A stretch of DNA of 64,000 bases from Acetatifactor sp. (GTDB lineage: Bacteria > Bacillota > Clostridia > Lachnospirales > Lachnospiraceae). Position 1 is the stretch's first letter, and each line of letters starts with the position of its first letter. Location: positions 122 through 64,121 of the forward strand of contig JAZQLH010000029.1 of NCBI GenBank assembly GCA_045542555.1. Reading direction: 5' to 3'. The notes beneath the pieces were generated by a model. That model had not been told where the DNA came from. It was given only the letters and a program-made list of their open reading frames with translations, and did not search any database. The translations under genes and the position numbers were made by a program. Shown here one piece after another: positions 9,236-15,934 of this stretch.

Positions 9236-9520
9236 TTTTAACCTCCGCTATAAAGTTTTGTGAGCTCTCTTGCTCTCTCATAGAGTAGTAAAACAACCTT
9301 TACCAAACAAGAAACACTTGTTGTCATTTGGGTATTTTTCTGCTACTTTCCGTTGCATTTGCATTTTTAAGCCTATTACAGATAGTTTACGCCCGATGGG
9401 AACATCCGTCAATGAATGGCCATTCTAAAAATATCAAAAAAAGAGGCACGCTTGTAACTGCGTTCCTTTTTAGAAAACTTCATATATGTTGGTATAATAA
9501 CGATACTCACTCTTTATTAA

Positions 9521-10537
9521 TTAATCTAACGCTGGTACACTGCTTGGCAGTTCATCTACTTTATCACATGTTGCTATATAATTTTGCAATACGTTATAAA
9601 TCAAGCTTAGATTAGTTTTATCCCCATTTGGATTGAAGGTATATGAATGATAACGTGTATCAATAATAATTATATTAGAATCACCTTCTTCAGGTACATG
9701 TAATCTAACAATCGCAGATTTCTGCCACTTACCATCAGAGCTTATTTCGCCAAGGCTATCCCATTCATAAAGATAGCCGTCTTCCGTAATAACAAAAGCA
9801 CACTCATGTGTATCGCTACCAGATTCTATAGAAGGAGAATAGTATAATCCGCAAACCTCAGAGAGCATATTTGCGTCCAATTCAGCACCTGTTACCACTT
9901 CGTCAAATGTAGGCACCACACAAGTAGAAGGCATTTCACTCATTATATATTCATCGTAACTATGTACATGATCTGCAGCATATTTAGCATAATAAAAATC
10001 GTCTTCTTCATCATAGCGTTCATTTCTTAGTATACGACCATCTGTATGAATGAAACATTCTTCTCCGTCACTTGCTTTTCCAATTATTTTATATGTAGCA
10101 TCACACAAGCTATCCGGTACATGGAATGTCAATACTGTTTCCAACTCAACAGAAGTAACATCATATATTCTTTCTTTTTTCTCCGGGGCCTCATAAAAAT
10201 CCCAAACTACAATTTTTCCATCATCAGTAATAATAACCCCAACTGAATCAAATGCACTATAATAAAGGCCCGAAAGATTCATTTTTTTCATATCAAACTG
10301 GACAGTTACATCCTCAGAACTTGATTCTGTACTTTCTTCTGTAGTTGATTGCGTAGTATCCTCTACAACATCATCAGGTACTGACTCTGTAGTGGACTCA
10401 GTTGTAGTTTCTTCTGTAGATTCAGTCGTTGATTCTATACTGTTTTCTACGTCAGACACATTTCCTTGATTTCCACAACCTGCTAATAATCCCAACAAAC
10501 ATAGTGAACACAAAATAATACGTAAACTTTTTTTCAT
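9521..10537 (-). CDS. Lipoprotein of unknown function
   Basis: Signal peptide with lipobox LLAGC, followed by a Ser/Thr/Glu-rich linker (TTESTEETTTESTTES). Confidence 0.7.
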   Translation of the reverse strand: MKKSLRIILCSLCLLGLLAGCGNQGNVSDVENSIESTTESTEETTTESTTESVPDDVVEDTTQSTTEESTESSSEDVTVQFDMKKMNLSGLYYSAFDSVGVIITDDGKIVVWDFYEAPEKKERIYDVTSVELETVLTFHVPDSLCDATYKIIGKASDGEECFIHTDGRILRNERYDEEDDFYYAKYAADHVHSYDEYIMSEMPSTCVVPTFDEVVTGAELDANMLSEVCGLYYSPSIESGSDTHECAFVITEDGYLYEWDSLGEISSDGKWQKSAIVRLHVPEEGDSNIIIIDTRYHSYTFNPNGDKTNLSLIYNVLQNYIATCDKVDELPSSVPALD

Positions 10538-10682
10538 TCTTTTTTCTCCTTTTAAGTTAATTCTGCAAAACTATACTACTTCTGCACTTTTCAATTGGAA
10601 TTCCTATTTATTATACATTATCAACACTTCATGGTCAATTAGCACCACTGGCTAAGCCGGTGGTGCTAATTGGTTTCTAAGC

Positions 10683-10720
10683 AAAAAAAAGAGAAATACG
10701 GCATTTCTGCTGTATTTCTC
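10683..10720 (-). terminator. Rho-independent terminator, probably the original terminator of the tRNA-Tyr/tRNA-Leu operon displaced by the insertion
   Basis: On the minus strand, stem GAGAAATAC/GTATTTCTC is followed by TTTTTTTT. It lies just outside the left att repeat. Confidence 0.6.
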
Positions 10721-10729
10721 CTACTTCAA

Positions 10730-10754
10730 TTTACTGCTGGTGGCCGGACTTGAA
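10730..10754. repeat. att core repeat, distal copy (duplicated tRNA-Leu 3' end)
   Basis: Identical 25-mer to 15648-15672. The flanking bases differ (10729 A vs 15647 T; 10755 A vs 15673 C). Confidence 0.9.
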
Positions 10755-10813
10755 AACAAAGTCCGATGGCCGGAACATTGATAGAAAGGAGTTTCCGGCT
10801 CTCTCGCTTGGGT

Positions 10814-10832
10814 GTGTAAACGGAGTGTAAAC
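10814..10832. promoter_or_regulatory. Putative integrase arm-type sites: two direct GTGTAAAC octamers spaced 11 bp (left end)
   Basis: GTGTAAAC at 10814-10821 and 10825-10832. The same pair with the same 11-bp spacing sits at the other end (15591-15598 and 15602-15609). Confidence 0.55.
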
Positions 10833-10837
10833 ATCTT

Positions 10838-11113
10838 TTATAACAAGCTATCGTTGAATAGTCTTTCAATATCTCCGGCCTCAAATTTCATATCCTGAAA
10901 CTGTCTAGCCTGCGTCATGGTAACTAAGATATTTGAAACTACCCTGTGCCATGCCTTGTAACGTTCAAGCGATTCTATAATTCTCCCTAAGTCTTGCTTT
11001 GAAATCATAATCATTTCTCCACCTGAAACCGCAACAACTTCACCTTCAACCGCTAATTCTTTGTAAGATAGTCCCAATTCCGTCAATAGTGTTTCTAATT
11101 CTTTTTCTTTCAT
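10838..11113 (-). CDS. Hypothetical protein (islet cargo)
   Basis: 91-aa track ORF with no recognisable motif. AT-rich. Confidence 0.45.
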   Translation of the reverse strand: MKEKELETLLTELGLSYKELAVEGEVVAVSGGEMIMISKQDLGRIIESLERYKAWHRVVSNILVTMTQARQFQDMKFEAGDIERLFNDSLL

Positions 11114-11376
11114 ACTGCAACCTCCACATCTAATTATTTAATTATCTATATTATAATCTTTCCAACTACTATAAGTCCATTTGTAACCTTCACAATTATA
11201 ACTCTTTAATAGAAATTTGGAGGCATTAGTACAACTACTATTATACGTGTATTAAAATTAAAGACTCCTTTCTCTAACCTGCAAAACTTATTTTTTTATT
11301 GACCTTTATGCAATTTGCACAATAAAAGGCATTACCCTATATGGAGTAAAAGGCTTTGTGTTAATGTCCTTCTATT

Positions 11377-11787
11377 CTATCTCCATTGATTCCATTTATT
11401 TACTCGTTTTACTACGTCTTCAGTATTGATAAAACTAACAGGATATACAGCCTCATTTAATGCTTCGTATGTTCCATCTTCTTGTACTTGCTGCAGCACA
11501 ATTCTCAGTTTATTTCGCAACATTGCGCCAAAGGAATTTTGTGCATCTACTTCTGCATATAGATATATTCTTCCATAATTATCTTTATCTTGAATTTCTA
11601 TTGTTTCAAAGTTTACAGTAGAAGGTGCTTTAAGGTGCTTTTTGATACAATCCTTACATGCTTCGATAATTAACTCGTCCATAGTTTTAGGATTTTCATT
11701 TTGAACACTTTTTTCAACTTTTGCACCACATTGAAAACAGAATAATGCATTATCTGATATTTGCGTACCACACTTACTACAAAACAT
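11377..11787 (-). CDS. Zinc-ribbon domain protein (islet cargo)
   Basis: CSKCG..N..FCFQCG is a double CxxC zinc ribbon at the N-terminus. I prefer ATG 11787 (RBS AAAGGAG) to the track start at 11835. A TATAAT-like box lies upstream. Confidence 0.6.
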   Translation of the reverse strand: MFCSKCGTQISDNALFCFQCGAKVEKSVQNENPKTMDELIIEACKDCIKKHLKAPSTVNFETIEIQDKDNYGRIYLYAEVDAQNSFGAMLRNKLRIVLQQVQEDGTYEALNEAVYPVSFINTEDVVKRVNKWNQWR

Positions 11788-11912
11788 ACTCCACACTCCT
11801 TTTATCTTTTTAAATATTATAACATATTTTACCACAATTAGAAAATAATTAGCATAATATTAAAACAACTTTAGAAACAAAAATTCTAAAAAAGATGTAA
11901 ATAAATATATGT

Positions 11913-13445
11913 CTACATTTTCTTAAACAGTTTCCAAGTATATGTCAGATATTTTTCTTCCAATTCATGACCATCAATAAATTCAATATTTACAAGATGA
12001 AATCTATCGTCTTCATCCAAACAATGCACAAGCCTCGTACCTGGATGAATTGCATAGTACAAATTATCGAATTGCGAATGACAATTGGGGCATAGTACGA
12101 CCATATTACCAATTGTGTCATCTCCCTTGTGTATCTTGTTATATGGTCGAATATGATGTGCTTCGGAATAAGCTTCAAATCTTGTTTTCATCAATCTTGT
12201 TCCACACAATTGACAACAATTATTATATGCCAGTTTTAAATTTTCTGCTAAATAAGTACTTCTGACCAAACGTGACAATTCGATATCTTTACTTTTTTGA
12301 TTGTTTTGACTCATTGAATCATATAATACCACATCATCCATACCGATATCATTCTCCTCAGAATATCTATTACAAACAGTTACCCATTCTGCACCTTCTT
12401 CATTTGCATCATCTTCATCTTCAAGGTCTATATTACTTTCGTAGTAATCAACAGCTTTATCATAACTTTCAACTACGTCTGCAATACTAAGAAGATTTGC
12501 AATGCTATTGGGATTATACACTATTCCGTAGTCTGATGTATATTCCTTAGTAGCATTCTTCAATTGCTCATTTGAAAAACCGACCATTGGCAATATGTCT
12601 GCAACACCTCTGCCTTTTGTAGCAACCAAATAATGATAAATTCTACTATAGTTTAACTGTTGGCTACCTACTGTAAGAAATCCATTACTTTTTAACTTAT
12701 AGTTAGCAAATAGATAATTCTGATAACTATTATCAAATGCTTCGTCCTGTGGTGCTCTAAAAAATAGTTCGTCGGAAAGCATATCAATCTTAAAGTAATC
12801 CACATATGCAATAATATACTTTATTATTTCTTCGCCAAGATGAATCCATTTAAGAAGACCGTCATCCGGCTTGTCATCCATTCTAACATTTCTTATTCTT
12901 TGCTCATTTATTAGCACATCATTACATTTTAATTGGCGTATATGTCTCTGTTCAAATATACAAAAATAACAAATTGCACTCATACATTGGGTTATTATTC
13001 TTTCTTCCGTATTCCGAAACTCTCCATCTTTCCCAAGTATAATATTTTGTATATCAGAAAGTGAAATTACGGATTTGTTATTCTTTTCTTTGTTCCCAAT
13101 ATATACAAATTCAAAATCAAATCTCTTATCTAATTTACCCTGCTTAATAAGAAAATCCTTAAGTTTTCTCAATGCAGAACGTATTACTAAACTTCTTCTA
13201 TAATTCTGTTGAAAATCTATTATTCTATCTTCAGAAAAAATACTTTCATAATCCGCATCATCCACCTGATTACGAACTTCATTAAGCAAATATTCTTTGA
13301 CAATATCTACATATAAATTCTTTGTAGATTCTTTCTTTTCTGCTACAAATTCAGTAAATTCATTGACAATCGTGCTTATTTCTTGATATGTAATAGCCCC
13401 CACAAATTTACCCTCCTTTATTTGCTCTACAGTATTATAAATCAT
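11913..13445 (-). CDS. HNH endonuclease-domain fusion protein; the N-terminal ~330 aa possibly form a degenerate tyrosine-recombinase-like DNA-binding module
   Basis: C-terminal HNH motif: CQLCG..(14)..AHHIRP..(12)..GNMVVLCPNCH. N-terminal segments resemble an integrase SAM-like/core-binding region (YRRSLVIRSALRKLKDFLIKQGKL) and a decayed catalytic fold (FEQRHIRQL, LNYSRIYHYLV). Confidence 0.7.
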   Translation of the reverse strand: MIYNTVEQIKEGKFVGAITYQEISTIVNEFTEFVAEKKESTKNLYVDIVKEYLLNEVRNQVDDADYESIFSEDRIIDFQQNYRRSLVIRSALRKLKDFLIKQGKLDKRFDFEFVYIGNKEKNNKSVISLSDIQNIILGKDGEFRNTEERIITQCMSAICYFCIFEQRHIRQLKCNDVLINEQRIRNVRMDDKPDDGLLKWIHLGEEIIKYIIAYVDYFKIDMLSDELFFRAPQDEAFDNSYQNYLFANYKLKSNGFLTVGSQQLNYSRIYHYLVATKGRGVADILPMVGFSNEQLKNATKEYTSDYGIVYNPNSIANLLSIADVVESYDKAVDYYESNIDLEDEDDANEEGAEWVTVCNRYSEENDIGMDDVVLYDSMSQNNQKSKDIELSRLVRSTYLAENLKLAYNNCCQLCGTRLMKTRFEAYSEAHHIRPYNKIHKGDDTIGNMVVLCPNCHSQFDNLYYAIHPGTRLVHCLDEDDRFHLVNIEFIDGHELEEKYLTYTWKLFKKM

Positions 13446-13586
13446 TGTATCACATCACTTACATTTGTAAAATGAATTTATATTTCCATTCACTTTATAA
13501 AAAGTTTATAATTTTCCCTCTAAATAGATATTCATTTCCCACCGATACCAATATTACACAACAAAATAAAAATAGTTCCTTAAACG

Positions 13587-13634
13587 GCAAGACAATTTAA
13601 GAAGCATTCTGCTTCTGATATGTCTTGCTTTTTT
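13587..13634 (+). terminator. Terminator-like hairpin plus T-run in the islet's divergent control region
   Basis: GCAAGACA (13587-13594) pairs with TGTCTTGC (13621-13628). There is an inner GAAGC/GCTTC stem, and TTTTTT follows. Confidence 0.4.
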
Positions 13635-13823
13635 ATATGCAAAAGTAACCTTGTCATCTTATTACATTACTTTTGATTAATTACTACTTCTGTCTCGGTA
13701 ATTTTTCTAAAAGGACAAAAAAGACACGTTTTCATCTGTTTTGGAAGCAAAAAACAAAGTCAACAAATTAATTTATATTAATTACCGTCAAAATCGGTAA
13801 CTTTCAAGGAGGTATTAATTACT

Positions 13824-14246
13824 ATGGATAATTACGAAAGCAGACCTTTATATTCCATGCCATTTCCCAAACCGCTTAAGGAAATGACGGACGAGGAATT
13901 AAACAATCTTCTTACCGGGAAATTCAATTACAATGTACTAATCCCGGCGTTAATTGAAGCTCACTTGCGGAAAGATGAGCAAATCGCCGTACTTACCAAG
14001 CGAATTGCCTATCTTGAACAAAAGGCTCTCCAAAAGCCCGGACGTCCTCGCAGGGAGTTTTGGATTGACGGCCGGGAACTGACAGACGAGTACCTAATGG
14101 AACTGATTGACTACGGCTATTATGATAGCATCAGCAAACTAGAAAAGGAATTACACGCCGGTAAAAATCAGCTCCGCAATCGCTACAACAAAGCAAAAGA
14201 GAAGCAACTTCTAGAAAGGAAGGTAAAAAGTTATGGGAATAGTTAG
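13824..14246 (+). CDS. Small islet protein upstream of and overlapping the integrase gene (possible excisionase or regulator)
   Basis: 140 aa with RBS AAGGAGG. Contains a basic KPGRPRREF segment. It overlaps the integrase start by 14 nt. Confidence 0.5.
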   Translation: MDNYESRPLYSMPFPKPLKEMTDEELNNLLTGKFNYNVLIPALIEAHLRKDEQIAVLTKRIAYLEQKALQKPGRPRREFWIDGRELTDEYLMELIDYGYYDSISKLEKELHAGKNQLRNRYNKAKEKQLLERKVKSYGNS

Positions 14247-15579
14247 ACCAATCGTGCAGGAGTGGTGCGTACCCCAACAGTACACCTCTTCGCCGGAAGT
14301 AATCAAAAACTGCTTGCAGGAAGTCTTAGAAGATAGTATTCTTAAGCCACAAGCGAGCGAGCCGGATAATGAAGATATGAGAAAAGAAAAAAGAGAACGC
14401 ATTATCAAGGCACACATGGAGAAATATACAACTAAATATTATGAGTCAGACAACAGATGGCATTCTTTCCTGCCGGATGAAACCCTTCCACGAAAAATGC
14501 GACCCATTGCCAAGCGAAAGTTTGAAGACTTAGAAAAGGCCATCCTTGCCTATTATGAGGAGCAGGAGCAGATAAAGAACCGCAAGAAAATGACGCTCCG
14601 CAGACTTTACCCGGAATGGTTTGCCTACAAATGGCAAGACACCAACAATTCCAACTACATGAAGCATATCGAAGGCGAATGGAAACGGCATTATGTGGAT
14701 GACCCCATTATTGACCGCCCTGTTGTAGAATTTACTACTCTAGAGCTCAAAAACTGGGCAAGAAGTAAGATTGTAGCCGGACACATGACCAAGAAGCAGT
14801 ATTACAACATGGCAATCATCATTCGCCAGAGCTTGGACTACCTTGTGGAGCTTGGGGAACTGTCTACCAATCCTTATGCCAACTTCAAGATTAATCCCTC
14901 ACTATTTACGCCTGCCAAGCACAAAGAGGCAGAAGAAAGGGTATTTATTGAAGATGAGGAAAAGCAATTGAAGCAGATTGCTCTAAAGGATTTTGCCGAA
15001 CACCCGGAGCATATCGGTGCGGCAGCGGTGCTTATCAATCTATCCTTGGGACTTCGTGTATCAGAACTTGTTGGTCTTAAGTGGAAAGACCTAAAAGACG
15101 GTTATCTGCATATCCGACGCATGGAGCAGAAGCAATGGGAACGACATGCAGACGGCACTTGGAAATCCTATCTGGCAGTTGTGGAGCATACCAAATCCAC
15201 CGCCGGCGTCAGAACCCTTTATGTGGTTTCCTCTTCTCTTGCCTTATTTGAGCAAGTACGGGAAGCCAACAGACAAAGAGGTTATGGTTGCGAGCCGGAA
15301 GATTATATTTTCCAACATGCCGGAAATCGGATTACAGCTAATTCCATTGACAGCTACTATGAGCGGTACTGTAAACAACTTGGAATTGCCAAGAAGGGGA
15401 ATCACGGTGCAAGAAGAACGGCATTAACTAAGATTGCCGACAATCCCAACATTAACCTAAAGGACGCCATGGAATGGGCAGGACACCGGGATGTAAAGAC
15501 TTTTATAAATCACTACTGCTATTCCCGATACTCTGACGAACAGAAAAGAAATGAACTGGAGAAAACCCTAAATCTCTAG
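14233..15579 (+). CDS. int: Tyrosine-type site-specific integrase
   Basis: Catalytic signature present: GLRVSELVGLKW (Arg), HGARRT (His-x-x-Arg), GHRDVKTFINHYCY (His..Tyr). Adjacent to the att core and tRNA-Leu. Confidence 0.9.
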   Translation: MGIVRPIVQEWCVPQQYTSSPEVIKNCLQEVLEDSILKPQASEPDNEDMRKEKRERIIKAHMEKYTTKYYESDNRWHSFLPDETLPRKMRPIAKRKFEDLEKAILAYYEEQEQIKNRKKMTLRRLYPEWFAYKWQDTNNSNYMKHIEGEWKRHYVDDPIIDRPVVEFTTLELKNWARSKIVAGHMTKKQYYNMAIIIRQSLDYLVELGELSTNPYANFKINPSLFTPAKHKEAEERVFIEDEEKQLKQIALKDFAEHPEHIGAAAVLINLSLGLRVSELVGLKWKDLKDGYLHIRRMEQKQWERHADGTWKSYLAVVEHTKSTAGVRTLYVVSSSLALFEQVREANRQRGYGCEPEDYIFQHAGNRITANSIDSYYERYCKQLGIAKKGNHGARRTALTKIADNPNINLKDAMEWAGHRDVKTFINHYCYSRYSDEQKRNELEKTLNL

Positions 15580-15590
15580 TATTTATCAGC

Positions 15591-15622
15591 GTGTAAACAT
15601 GGTGTAAACAAATTTACACACA
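15591..15622. promoter_or_regulatory. Putative integrase arm-type sites (right end): two direct GTGTAAAC octamers spaced 11 bp plus one inverted GTGTGTAAA copy
   Basis: GTGTAAAC at 15591-15598 and 15602-15609. TTTACACAC (reverse complement GTGTGTAAA) at 15613-15621. Confidence 0.55.
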
Positions 15623-15647
15623 AAAAATCCAGCATTTCTGCTGGATT

Positions 15648-15672
15648 TTTACTGCTGGTGGCCGGACTTGAA
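15648..15672. repeat. att core repeat, tRNA-proximal copy
   Basis: Identical 25-mer to 10730-10754. Positions 15653-15672 are the 3' end of tRNA-Leu. Confidence 0.9.
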
Positions 15673-15736
15673 CCGGCACGGGGTTGCCCCCGAGGGATTT
15701 TAAGTCCCTTGCGTCTGCCTATTCCGCCACACCAGC
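15653..15736 (-). tRNA. tRNA-Leu (anticodon UAA), class II with long variable arm, no encoded CCA
   Basis: Hand fold: acceptor GCTGGTG/CACCAGC, anticodon stem AGGGA/TCCCT with loop CTTAAAA, variable arm CGGGGGCAACCCCGT, T-arm GCCGG-TTCAAGT-CCGGC, discriminator A. Confidence 0.9.
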
Positions 15737-15778
15737 GGACGCTATGGTCTCGGTCCGATGCTTGACATCAGGACCGCG

Positions 15779-15860
15779 TGGATGGAGGTGGATTCGAACC
15801 ACCGAAGCAATTTGCAGCAGATTTACAGTCTGTCCCCTTTGGCCACTCGGGAATCCATCC
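15779..15860 (-). tRNA. tRNA-Tyr (anticodon GUA), class II, no encoded CCA
   Basis: Hand fold: acceptor GGATGGA/TCCATCC, anticodon loop CTGTAAA, variable arm TGCAAATTGC, T-arm GGTGG-TTCGAAT-CCACC. Confidence 0.85.
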
Positions 15861-15902
15861 ATGTAAGGTAACCGCTTTTATACAATTACCTGACAATGTG
15901 AA

Positions 15903-15931
15903 ATTTTATCACAGTTTCACACAAAATGCAA
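15903..15931 (-). promoter_or_regulatory. Predicted sigma-A promoter of the tRNA-Tyr/tRNA-Leu operon
   Basis: On the minus strand, TTGCAT (15931-15926), a 17-nt spacer containing TG, then TAAAAT (15908-15903). This is about 40 nt upstream of the tRNA-Tyr 5' end. Confidence 0.45.
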
Positions 15932-15934
15932 GAG

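Larger units (their letters stand above)
10730..15672. mobile_element. About 4.9-kb integrative islet inserted into the 3' end of tRNA-Leu(UAA): tyrosine integrase, small upstream ORF and three AT-rich cargo genes
   Basis: A perfect 25-bp direct repeat TTTACTGCTGGTGGCCGGACTTGAA occurs at 10730-10754 and 15648-15672. The right copy overlaps the last 20 nt of tRNA-Leu. The integrase gene abuts the tRNA-proximal end. Confidence 0.85.

Noticed and set aside
1-10729. Idea that the whole left 10.7 kb is an older, larger genomic island accreted at the same tRNA site
   Set aside because: I found no third copy of the att core by eye. My single-line GC spot counts are mixed: about 47-48 percent in the Sel1 gene, 42-47 percent in the 518-aa gene and about 35 percent around 8.7 kb. 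The idea is not supported without a real composition or synteny analysis.
10730-10800. Possible extra tRNA or tRNA pseudogene at the left islet junction
   Set aside because: Only the last 20 nt of tRNA-Leu are duplicated there, as the att core. No cloverleaf can be built.
10730-15672. Prophage or satellite interpretation of the islet
   Set aside because: I saw no capsid, terminase, primase/replicase or packaging genes. With only int, a small ORF and three cargo genes, I can call it only a minimal integrative islet.
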